A stretch of 43,771 nucleotides of DNA, from the IMG/VR virus record IMGVR_UViG_3300006030_000040. One strand, 5' to 3'. The position numbers and the translations under genes are program-made. The DNA comes from a virus. The notes beneath the pieces are model-generated. The model was not told where the DNA came from. It did no database searches and was given only the letters and a program-made list of their open reading frames with translations. Positions 34,601 through 41,398 of this stretch are shown one piece after another (within the stretch, counting starts at the first letter, position 1; every line of letters begins with the position of its first letter).

Positions 34601-35151
34601 ATTACTTCGGATTCCCACTCACGAATAAGTTCAGATCAAAAACCCCACGAGGATTCTATGATGCAGTTAAGGGACACAGTGGGATCGACGTCGTAATGCC
34701 CGTTGGCACCCCTCTAGCTCTTCCCGTGGACGTGACTGTCATAAACTATAGGCTCCAAAACGAGATGGGGAATTGTCTCTACACCCAGGATAAAGCTAGA
34801 AATATACACGTTTTTGCGCATTTGAGTGAGTCTAAAGTAAAGGTAGGTGAATTAGTGCCTGCTAATAAAATGCTCGCACTCTCAGGCAATACGGGAAGCC
34901 GTACTACGAACCCCCACGTCCACTATGAAATCATTGCGCCTAGCCCAAAAGAAGGGTTAGAGATGATGACTCGTGAACTCTCACCGTACAAAGGATGGAA
35001 CATTGATCCTGAAGAGTTTTTACAGAATGCCGAATTAACAGATTTAGAATGGTGCCAAAAGCACCTCCCAGAGGCCGACTGGGGGAAGATCTCAAGCGAA
35101 ACTGCAACAGCTTTCCGTTCTCTCGCAAAGAGGGTAGAATGGAGGGAGTAA
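34597..35151 (+). CDS. M23-family zinc metallopeptidase (endolysin candidate)
   Basis: HSGIDV (HxxxD) and NPHVHYE (HxH) motifs, immediately after the membrane-protein genes. Confidence 0.9.
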   Translation: MNYFGFPLTNKFRSKTPRGFYDAVKGHSGIDVVMPVGTPLALPVDVTVINYRLQNEMGNCLYTQDKARNIHVFAHLSESKVKVGELVPANKMLALSGNTGSRTTNPHVHYEIIAPSPKEGLEMMTRELSPYKGWNIDPEEFLQNAELTDLEWCQKHLPEADWGKISSETATAFRSLAKRVEWRE

Positions 35152-35161
35152 CCACAATAAT

Positions 35162-35269
35162 ATGCCAAAAGCATGCAACAAGCCCAAGTCCACAGGCTCC
35201 AAGAAACGAGGAGTCACAAAAAAACGTGCTAAGGAATTTCCTAAGTACAAATCTTCTTACTACGCTTAA
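35162..35269 (+). CDS. Tiny polybasic ORF (35 aa, MPKACNKPKSTGSKKRGVTKKRAKEFPKYKSSYYA)
   Basis: Hand-translated. Whether it is coding is uncertain. Confidence 0.35.
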   Translation: MPKACNKPKSTGSKKRGVTKKRAKEFPKYKSSYYA

Positions 35270-35280
35270 CAACCTTATTT

Positions 35281-35382
35281 ATGAAAAAGAAAATGGCTGC
35301 AAAGCCCACTAAAGCCAAGTCTAATTATGGCAAATCCTCATGGGGCAAACGCCTTGTGAACAAGTCAGGAGTTAAAGGTTAA
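35281..35382 (+). CDS. Tiny polybasic ORF (33 aa, MKKKMAAKPTKAKSNYGKSSWGKRLVNKSGVKG)
   Basis: Hand-translated. Whether it is coding is uncertain. Confidence 0.35.
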   Translation: MKKKMAAKPTKAKSNYGKSSWGKRLVNKSGVKG

Positions 35383-35407
35383 TTTTATATTTTCAATCAT
35401 CATCTAT

Positions 35408-35572
35408 ATGAAAAAGAAAGCAACCACATCAAAACGTCCTGGAAGTAAACTGGCTTCCATGTCTGCAAAGATGAAATCAATGGGGCCTAAACTCATTGCT
35501 AGACCTGGCCTTAAATCCCTCCTCGGAGGTCGCAAACCTTCCTCAATGGCAGGTAAAGCTAAACGCCGCTAA
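35408..35572 (+). CDS. Small polybasic ORF (54 aa, MKKKATTSKRPGSKLASMSAKMKSMGPKLIARPGLKSLLGGRKPSSMAGKAKRR)
   Basis: Hand-translated. Whether it is coding is uncertain. Confidence 0.4.
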   Translation: MKKKATTSKRPGSKLASMSAKMKSMGPKLIARPGLKSLLGGRKPSSMAGKAKRR

Positions 35573-35581
35573 TTATACTTT

Positions 35582-35830
35582 ATGCCTAAAAATCTACTAC
35601 TCACAGTTTTGAATGATACGGCCAAAGACCTAACGCCGACTTTCTTTTTTGTACTCGCCCTCTATTTCTATGTAGGTGAATCAAATTGGGAGTTTGCGCT
35701 TGCTTCACTTGCAGCGGGTGTGCTCCTTGGCTTTGCGAAGTATCTGTCCCGTCGGTTAGCCTGTCCAGTTGTTACTTCTGGAACTCACACAGAAGGGCTC
35801 GACAGCGCAAAGAAAAAGAACTATAGTTAA
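35582..35830 (+). CDS. Membrane protein (82 aa, two hydrophobic segments), last gene of the rightward arm
   Basis: TFFFVLALYFYV and FALASLAAGVLLGFA are hydrophobic stretches. Confidence 0.6.
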   Translation: MPKNLLLTVLNDTAKDLTPTFFFVLALYFYVGESNWEFALASLAAGVLLGFAKYLSRRLACPVVTSGTHTEGLDSAKKKNYS

Positions 35831-35870
35831 GCCAATACGAAATCATTCATATGAATGGTTAAAGTCTGAG

Positions 35871-35894
35871 AGAACCGTGGCGTGCGGTTCTTTT
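35871..35894. terminator. Intrinsic terminator hairpin at the convergence of the two arms
   Basis: AGAACCG-TGGCGTG-CGGTTCT followed by TTT. It is preceded by a 20-nt near-perfect palindrome (35841-35860, AATCATTCAT/ATGAATGGTT). Confidence 0.65.
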
Positions 35895-35904
35895 CAGTTC
35901 CCGT

Positions 35905-36483
35905 TCAGAACTCAATACGCCAGATCGAAGTCACAATCTGGGGCAGGTCTAAGAGTTTGATTCTTCCGTACCCTTTCTCTCCCCAGTTAACACCTTTGGA
36001 GTTTTCAAAGATGAACCTTTTCGTTTCCTCGGATACCCCCGCAAGTGCTACCGCATGCGTGTTTAGCTTCTTTTGAGTCGGGGGAATCAGGGTGGAAGTT
36101 TCATCAAGCTTGCATCCGGTGCGAATAACGAACAGAAACCGCCCTTGCTTGCATTTATTCCACAAAACCATAAGAGGGGGAGCTTTGTGATTTTTCCACT
36201 CCCAAATAGGCTCTGCTGACTTAATTCTGATCCCGTGCATGGACTCAAAAGTCAACGCGTTCAAAACCTTCTCTGCTGTAGGTGCGTTGTTGCCACCTTT
36301 GCCATTGGGTGCTAGTTTCTTTGAATCATAAGCAAAACCCATTTTGTCATACCAACTATAAATCGAATCCAGGGGGATGGCTTTGCCTTTTTCCTGCTCC
36401 CAGAGATTGGCTACGGTTACGCCTACACATACGTTATCCTCATCTTTTGATCTCCCTAGACCTTGATTGTAGATTTTATTCAT
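35905..36483 (-). CDS. Papain-like (C1-family-like) cysteine peptidase
   Basis: NTHAVALAGV and ENSKGVNWGEKGYGRI match the papain HAV..VG and NSWG..WGE.GY.RI blocks. The candidate nucleophile is in NVCVGVT, preceded by NQG. Confidence 0.75.
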   Translation of the reverse strand: MNKIYNQGLGRSKDEDNVCVGVTVANLWEQEKGKAIPLDSIYSWYDKMGFAYDSKKLAPNGKGGNNAPTAEKVLNALTFESMHGIRIKSAEPIWEWKNHKAPPLMVLWNKCKQGRFLFVIRTGCKLDETSTLIPPTQKKLNTHAVALAGVSEETKRFIFENSKGVNWGEKGYGRIKLLDLPQIVTSIWRIEF

Positions 36484-36685
36484 GGTGAGTTACTACAATT
36501 GAAGAAGGCAGTTGATCCGTTATTCCTTTGAGCAAGCCTTGGTAGTTAACATGCGCAAGTAAAGCAGCGCCATAGAGTTTGTCCTCTAGCTCAGGTGGGG
36601 CAAAGTTTTCTACCCTTCCGTCATTTACTTCAAATGAAACGGGGAATTGAATATCCTGAGCCGAACAAGTGCCTTGATATTTCAT
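36476..36685 (-). CDS. Hypothetical protein (69 aa)
   Basis: It is translationally coupled on both sides, with 4-nt and 8-nt overlaps. Confidence 0.6.
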   Translation of the reverse strand: MKYQGTCSAQDIQFPVSFEVNDGRVENFAPPELEDKLYGAALLAHVNYQGLLKGITDQLPSSIVVTHHE

Positions 36686-37095
36686 GGGATTAGAAGGTGA
36701 ATGAGTGCTGCAAGATCATTCTTAAACACGGCGACTGTCCCTGCTACGGTTGCCCCTGCAATTGCGAACCTATCAATGCGAGTCCTGAGTGCTACATGCT
36801 CTGCTTTTCCAGCAGCAGAACTGGTTTGAAGCTCTGCAATTTTAGCATCGTGTTCTTTATCCTTGCCTTCATTCACGTCTTTACGCACATAGTTCTTGTC
36901 TATTTTCTCTATCATTGTTGACAGTGCTGTAGCAACTTCAATTCTTACGCCTCCTATTTCCTCTTTAATTTCATGCAGCAATCCCATGATCTCGGCTTTG
37001 TCTTGATAACGCGCTTCACTCACGTCTACCTGGAACGCTGAAAGCTTCTCCCCAATGAGGTCTACTTTTTGCTGTATTCCGTCTAAGTCTGCCAT
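36682..37095 (-). CDS. Coiled-coil protein with a C-terminal hydrophobic anchor, paralogue of 34131..34472
   Basis: KNYVRKDVNEGKDKEHDAKIAEL...RFAIAGATVAGTVAVF aligns with NGYVTVKDFEENKQLKEKEHNAIWERV...GFIAGAGFTLSSF. Confidence 0.65.
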   Translation of the reverse strand: MADLDGIQQKVDLIGEKLSAFQVDVSEARYQDKAEIMGLLHEIKEEIGGVRIEVATALSTMIEKIDKNYVRKDVNEGKDKEHDAKIAELQTSSAAGKAEHVALRTRIDRFAIAGATVAGTVAVFKNDLAALIHLLIP

Positions 37096-37117
37096 ATAAA
37101 ATAGTTATTCTAATTAA

Positions 37118-37145
37118 ATTATACCCTTTTTACCAGTGAACGCAA
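37118..37145 (-). promoter_or_regulatory. Sigma70-like promoter candidate (TTGCGT-N16-TATAAT) for the terminal leftward cassette
   Basis: The minus strand reads TTGCGTTCACTGGTAAAAAGGGTATAAT, in the 52-bp gap upstream of 36682..37095. Confidence 0.35.
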
Positions 37146-37147
37146 AA

Positions 37148-37315
37148 TCAGTCCTGTGGATTGGTTAAATCGATACCTGCCTGTTCAGCGAGAAGGAGCA
37201 TCATTGTAACGTCTTCTCCGCATTTTGGACATTCATAGTGAGCACGGCCTCTTCGTATGAGATGTTCAAAGTCGTGGTTTAGGCCCGTACATTGTTCAGG
37301 ATTATTTGGTGTCAT
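37148..37315 (-). CDS. Small zinc-binding-like protein (55 aa)
   Basis: MTPNNPEQCTGLNHDFEHLIRRGRAHYECPKCGEDV. I chose the internal start so that it overlaps the upstream gene by only 14 nt. Confidence 0.5.
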   Translation of the reverse strand: MTPNNPEQCTGLNHDFEHLIRRGRAHYECPKCGEDVTMMLLLAEQAGIDLTNPQD

Positions 37316-37496
37316 TTGGAGAGGGATTATTTTCTGATTCCAGAATGAATTGAAGGACTCTAATTTTAGAATGAATCTCAGCATCAATTTCTGCGATCTT
37401 GATTTTCATACTATTCCGCTGGATATGAAGATTTTGGAGTTGGCTTAAATAATCTAGTGCGACAATATTCTTAGTTTTTTGTGTGAGGGGATTCAT
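37302..37496 (-). CDS. Hypothetical protein (64 aa)
   Basis: ORF in the leftward array. Confidence 0.55.
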   Translation of the reverse strand: MNPLTQKTKNIVALDYLSQLQNLHIQRNSMKIKIAEIDAEIHSKIRVLQFILESENNPSPNDTK

Positions 37497-37505
37497 TTTG
37501 TGGGG

Positions 37506-37730
37506 TTAGAGTTGCTCAAATGTACCGTCTAAAAGGCCATGCCTGACTACGTTCTCGTGTATAAATGAAAGGTCTTCTTTCTTAGATCCTTCTCCCCAGA
37601 ACCAGAGCTTAGGATTGGAAAGTCGTGCGCCCTTATCTTTGTAGTAGTCGGGCACTCCGTGGAGTCCTTGCACAAACACAATTCCTAAAGTGTTACCGTT
37701 CCCAAATTCTTTGAGAGTTTTGACTTTCAT
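37506..37730 (-). CDS. Hypothetical protein (74 aa)
   Basis: ORF with a 4-nt overlap with the upstream gene. Confidence 0.65.
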   Translation of the reverse strand: MKVKTLKEFGNGNTLGIVFVQGLHGVPDYYKDKGARLSNPKLWFWGEGSKKEDLSFIHENVVRHGLLDGTFEQL

Positions 37731-38167
37731 TTTGTAGTAGGTTTATTAAATTTGCCCTCACGGAGGAGGTAGGTGGCGAGATTAGAGACGGCCTTAAGAA
37801 CTGGCTCCCCAGAGTAGTGATGGACATAGTCATTGAACATAGGCTCACTGTAGTAGTAGGCCTCACACTTCGTCAGAGTGAGCGTGAGTTCTCCGAAAGT
37901 GTCCTTGTCTTTTAGGGTCTCTGGCATCAACTCAAGAAGCTCGCTTAGGAGGAGGGCTGGGAAATTCAATGCCCAAGAATTATCGTGCCGTACTTTTCCA
38001 TCTACCTGATAGCAACATTCCCTTTCTTGAAGAATAGGCCCTCGATGCTCAAAGTCAGTTGGATCTTTTGGTTCGTTCCAATAAAACTCACTCTCATAAT
38101 CCTTCGTTATTCCTGCTTCAAAGAGTGCTTTGCTGAGGTCTAGATTTGTAACGTGAGATGAGTTCAT
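37727..38167 (-). CDS. Hypothetical protein (146 aa)
   Basis: ORF with 4-nt overlaps. It contains a LLLSELLELMP motif of the kind seen in many uncharacterised phage proteins. Confidence 0.7.
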   Translation of the reverse strand: MNSSHVTNLDLSKALFEAGITKDYESEFYWNEPKDPTDFEHRGPILQERECCYQVDGKVRHDNSWALNFPALLLSELLELMPETLKDKDTFGELTLTLTKCEAYYYSEPMFNDYVHHYSGEPVLKAVSNLATYLLREGKFNKPTTK

Positions 38168-38751
38168 AATTTCAAGCTTTGAATGAATAAAATCAACGCT
38201 TCCACCTTTTCGTCTTTGAGGACTTCGGAAACAACGTCAAAACCTTTATGGAAGTCAGGATCGTTGTAACCATTGTCTACATCTCCTCGTTTTGCTGGCG
38301 TGCGAACCTTCTCCCACGTCGCACCCTCTAGGATGCCTTGAAGAGATTCTCGATAGTCTCCTGTAGTCATTGCCCACAGTTCAGTGAGCCTGAAAATAGC
38401 GTGATCCATTTCGTTCAAAATCTTCTTTGCCTCCATGTTCCATTTATCTTCTTTCTTGGGGAAGCCTTTAAGTCGTGGAGCGAAAGACATACCGACTTTT
38501 TGCATTACATCAGGCAGAGTGACGGGGTGGCCTAAAACTTCAACGTCTTCTAAATGAACTAGCCAGATTGAATTCTGATCGCCAATAAATATGTCTCCAC
38601 CTTCTGGACTTGAATTAGCCATAGGATAGATTGTGCGCATATCCCCAGCTAAAGCACCTAGTTTTTTAACATTGATCAGGCACCCGAAAGTGAGAGATTT
38701 TTCAGTCAGCCCCTCCAGTAGGGAAAAGGCTTGGGTTTTAGAGATTGTCAT
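38164..38751 (-). CDS. Hypothetical protein (195 aa)
   Basis: ORF in the leftward array. It has a VLGHPVTLPDVM motif. Confidence 0.7.
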   Translation of the reverse strand: MTISKTQAFSLLEGLTEKSLTFGCLINVKKLGALAGDMRTIYPMANSSPEGGDIFIGDQNSIWLVHLEDVEVLGHPVTLPDVMQKVGMSFAPRLKGFPKKEDKWNMEAKKILNEMDHAIFRLTELWAMTTGDYRESLQGILEGATWEKVRTPAKRGDVDNGYNDPDFHKGFDVVSEVLKDEKVEALILFIQSLKL

Positions 38752-38879
38752 AGTGAGTTGAGTAAAGATTCAATTGTTTCCATTTCTTCAGGGGTAGCCT
38801 TCTTGCAATCTTCCCACTTCGGGAGCTTCATGCCTTTGTACTGCTTCTTCTGTTTACGGAGTGCGTCAGTAAGTTTCAT
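38748..38879 (-). CDS. Small basic protein (43 aa, MKLTDALRKQKKQYKGMKLPKW...)
   Basis: Hand-translated, with an ATGA overlap with the downstream gene. Confidence 0.4.
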   Translation of the reverse strand: MKLTDALRKQKKQYKGMKLPKWEDCKKATPEEMETIESLLNSL

Positions 38880-39138
38880 TGTAGCCGTCGGGTAAAAGTT
38901 CTTTTTGATCGTTCTTCATTTTCCAGAGGATGCTGTGGACTTTTTCAAGCTCCTTAATCTCTTTATAGAAAAACTCATCCTCGTCATCCATTTCTTTCAA
39001 GTCTCTTATGTAAAGCCCGAGACGGTGTGCAGCCTGTTTCAGACCGTGGAATTTCCCGCATTCATAGTTGTCTCCCTCAAAGAATTCAGGACAACAATCT
39101 TCGCATAGTTGTTTTTCTTTACATCTACAGTCATTCAT
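38866..39138 (-). CDS. Cys-rich hypothetical protein (90 aa)
   Basis: The N-terminus is CRCKEKQLCEDCC...ECGKFH. Confidence 0.65.
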   Translation of the reverse strand: MNDCRCKEKQLCEDCCPEFFEGDNYECGKFHGLKQAAHRLGLYIRDLKEMDDEDEFFYKEIKELEKVHSILWKMKNDQKELLPDGYNETY

Positions 39139-39151
39139 AAGTGTAAGTGGT

Positions 39152-39370
39152 TTAAGCTATGGGGTTAGATTTAAAGAAGTCCTCCGCTACCCGAAAAGAT
39201 AGATTTCCTATAACGATTAGCCTGCCATCGTCCAAAATTACAGAGCATAGTGAACTTTTGTAATTATTCACCTCAATGTGAATCAGCACGCCCTTTTGCC
39301 CCTGACGATATAGTGGAATATTGCCGCCGTCGGGACTATACGTGCTAGACATTATTATTGGTATGTTCAT
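39152..39370 (-). CDS. Hypothetical protein (72 aa)
   Basis: ORF with a 4-nt overlap with the HNH gene. Confidence 0.6.
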   Translation of the reverse strand: MNIPIIMSSTYSPDGGNIPLYRQGQKGVLIHIEVNNYKSSLCSVILDDGRLIVIGNLSFRVAEDFFKSNPIA

Positions 39371-39846
39371 CGTTCAGGGTTTGTTAGGAAGGGGCAAAGT
39401 TGTTCTTGATATTGTAAGTAAACTTCGTGAGCCTCAATAGGCGTGTCATAGAAGCCAAGGCAAAAATCTTTCCCCTCGAAGCCTAGCGATGCCCTCCAGC
39501 CTTTATGCCATTTATCCCAAGAAACGCCTTTATAGCCCGATGTGTTATTGATACGCTTCCGTTGGTTTTGCATGTTCTGCCAGTGAGTACAGATACGCAG
39601 GTTCTCTTTACGGTTGTCGAGTCCATCCCCGTTTATATGGTCTGTAGACATGCCATGAGGTGTGCCAATTATGACTCTATGCATTGCTATCGTAGCAGTT
39701 TTCCCAGTTTCTCTAGAGTAGGCACGACGCACTGCGTAAAACGTCCGTCCACCAGGTCTGGCATTCCACTGGTATTCCTTCAGACGGTCAAAGTCTTCGT
39801 CGTCTACTATCGCCACTCTTCCACGAGATAGTTCGATTGTCTTCAT
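39367..39846 (-). CDS. HNH endonuclease with an AP2 DNA-binding domain
   Basis: HRVIIGTPHGMSTDHINGDGLDNRKENLRICTHWQN (HNH_3) followed by YKGVSWDKWHKGWRASLGFEGKDFCLGFYDTPIEAHEVY (AP2). Confidence 0.9.
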   Translation of the reverse strand: MKTIELSRGRVAIVDDEDFDRLKEYQWNARPGGRTFYAVRRAYSRETGKTATIAMHRVIIGTPHGMSTDHINGDGLDNRKENLRICTHWQNMQNQRKRINNTSGYKGVSWDKWHKGWRASLGFEGKDFCLGFYDTPIEAHEVYLQYQEQLCPFLTNPER

Positions 39847-40115
39847 GCTTTTGGTGGTAAAAATTTAGCACGAAGGTCAGTTGCCCACCAAGTGGCTTCA
39901 GAGCTATGGAGAGAATCAAGATATTCAATCACTTCCTCCGTTCTCCTGCGCTCCGCTGCTTCGATTTCTCGTTGGAGAAAAGAAAGAACTTTATCTTCGT
40001 CCAAACGCTCCCCTCCACAATTTCCACAACACTCATCAGCCCCATCACAGCCGTTGTCGTACTCCGTCAATCCTGCCGATTGCACCCTCTTCCTTAGTTC
40101 TTCATTGTTCGTCAT
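39843..40115 (-). CDS. Cys-rich hypothetical protein (90 aa)
   Basis: It has a CDGADECCGNCGG cluster. Confidence 0.65.
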   Translation of the reverse strand: MTNNEELRKRVQSAGLTEYDNGCDGADECCGNCGGERLDEDKVLSFLQREIEAAERRRTEEVIEYLDSLHSSEATWWATDLRAKFLPPKA

Positions 40116-40278
40116 TTTGGGTGGGGTAAACTGGCATTTGGAGGTTATTTACTACGGCCACAACAGCAGAAACGTCCAGGCCTACAACACATTGTTCGTA
40201 AACCCCTTCGGTCTTGTTATTATAGGTTGAGCCGTCTTGTGGCAAAACCTTGACGATCGTGATTTTGTAAGTTTCCAT
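40102..40278 (-). CDS. Small hypothetical protein (58 aa, METYKITIVKVLPQDG...)
   Basis: Hand-translated. I prefer it to the track ORF 40182..40388 because it packs end to end with its neighbours. Confidence 0.45.
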   Translation of the reverse strand: METYKITIVKVLPQDGSTYNNKTEGVYEQCVVGLDVSAVVAVVNNLQMPVYPTQNDEQ

Positions 40279-40290
40279 ATTTTCAAAATT

Positions 40291-40404
40291 TTAATTAGCG
40301 AGTAAAAGTGGAATTGAATAGAATGCAAGTACGAACAGGAATATAGCCCAATCAGGAAGCTTTTGGAGTGGTTTAGTGATGAGGTCAAAGAAGAGGTCTA
40401 GCAT
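40291..40404 (-). CDS. Small membrane protein (37 aa, MLDLFFDLITKPLQKLPDWAIFLFVLAFYSIPLLLAN)
   Basis: Hand-translated, with a hydrophobic C-terminal half. It packs between 40408..40638 and 40102..40278. Confidence 0.4.
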   Translation of the reverse strand: MLDLFFDLITKPLQKLPDWAIFLFVLAFYSIPLLLAN

Positions 40405-40407
40405 AAT

Positions 40408-40638
40408 TTAATTGTTAGGGCCGTCTAATTGATCGTCGCACTTGGGGCAAACCCAAACACTCCCCGCATCAAGACCGTCAAATGTGTTACACTGTTCTTT
40501 TTGATAGTCGTGTTCACAAAGCAACTCATCCCATTCAGCAGCACGCTGTTCTTTCTCCTGGGCAAGCTCAAGGGAGCATTCTTTGTAATGACTAGCTAGG
40601 CGATTAAGCCCTGTGATTATGTCGTTTAGTGTGTGCAT
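40408..40638 (-). CDS. Cys-containing hypothetical protein (76 aa)
   Basis: ORF directly downstream of the conserved 5' element. It has a CPKCDD pair. Confidence 0.65.
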   Translation of the reverse strand: MHTLNDIITGLNRLASHYKECSLELAQEKEQRAAEWDELLCEHDYQKEQCNTFDGLDAGSVWVCPKCDDQLDGPNN

Positions 40639-40667
40639 GAGTATTGGTTAAAGTAACTTCATCATAC
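40639..40667 (-). promoter_or_regulatory. Conserved 5' element, copy 2 (candidate internal promoter / 5'UTR of the leftward arm)
   Basis: The minus strand reads TTGTAT-N17-TATGATGAAGTTACTTTAACCAATACTC-ATG. The 22-nt core (40646..40667) is identical to 2071..2092. Confidence 0.45.
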
Positions 40668-40712
40668 GCTGGCATTAAGAACAATACAATAGCATTTATT
40701 CAGTATAAGTTG

Positions 40713-40767
40713 ACTAGATGAGCACTTGTTTTGTCAGTCAAGTTTGAATTGAATCAGCCCATCTAGT
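40713..40767. other. Long imperfect inverted repeat (11-nt arms, 10/11 paired, 33-nt spacer) in a 350-bp ORF-poor gap
   Basis: ACTAGATGAGC (40713-40723) pairs with GCCCATCTAGT (40757-40767). A second hairpin, CCTAC-CCGAAA-GTAGG, lies about 20 nt to the right. Confidence 0.5.
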
Positions 40768-40990
40768 CCCTGTGGCCTGACACCACCTACCCGAAAGTAG
40801 GATTGTTCAGTGAGTCATCTGCCTGTGACTTTACGCATACCTATCAGGATAGTATTTGCAACCTGGTTTTGACGTTTCAGGAGGTGTTTAAACTATACCT
40901 TATTCTATCAAAATTCCAAGTTCATAATGCCTTCCCTGTTCATCCTCATAATACCAGTAATTATCTCCGCTTGTGTTTGGGGTCATTGAT

Positions 40991-41398
40991 CTAGAGACTT
41001 CCATAAGTGAGTGTAAATTTATCATAGCTATTTGCTCTTAAGTCATGGCCATAAAATTTAGTCCCTCCAATATAGAGTTTATAACACTGATCGAGTTGCC
41101 AGTAAGGGTCGGTAAAGAATTTTGGATCGCTCACGATTTCTGGATGATAATATGAGTGAATTTGGCAAAATCCATAACTTGGCTCGCCATTTGTAGCCTG
41201 TCTATCAGGTGTCCAGAGTCCATTCTCTTGGTTGAGAGTAGCAAGGAATTCGAGATCGTTATTTGAGATTTTTGAGGCATATTTTACGTATTGGTTCTGG
41301 TCTTCGCCAACGTCCTTCTTGATGTAAACTTGGGTGCTTTGGGCTTCAACGGTCGGTACTATGGATGTTTTTACTGAGGTTTCACCCGCCTCGCTCAA
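40991..41398 (-). CDS. Lysozyme-like superfamily protein (SLT / phage-tail-lysozyme-like), 135 aa
   Basis: LNQENGLWTPD...GEPSYGFCQIHSYYH resembles the catalytic Glu and G-x-x-Q-I/W blocks of lytic transglycosylase-like folds. This is a by-eye assignment. Confidence 0.5.
   Translation of the reverse strand: MSEAGETSVKTSIVPTVEAQSTQVYIKKDVGEDQNQYVKYASKISNNDLEFLATLNQENGLWTPDRQATNGEPSYGFCQIHSYYHPEIVSDPKFFTDPYWQLDQCYKLYIGGTKFYGHDLRANSYDKFTLTYGSL

Noticed and set aside
40182-40388. 68-aa minus-strand track ORF
   Set aside because: It overlaps two shorter ORFs (40291..40404 and 40102..40278) that tile the interval end to end with their neighbours. Its sequence is low-complexity Ser/Leu/Ile/Lys.
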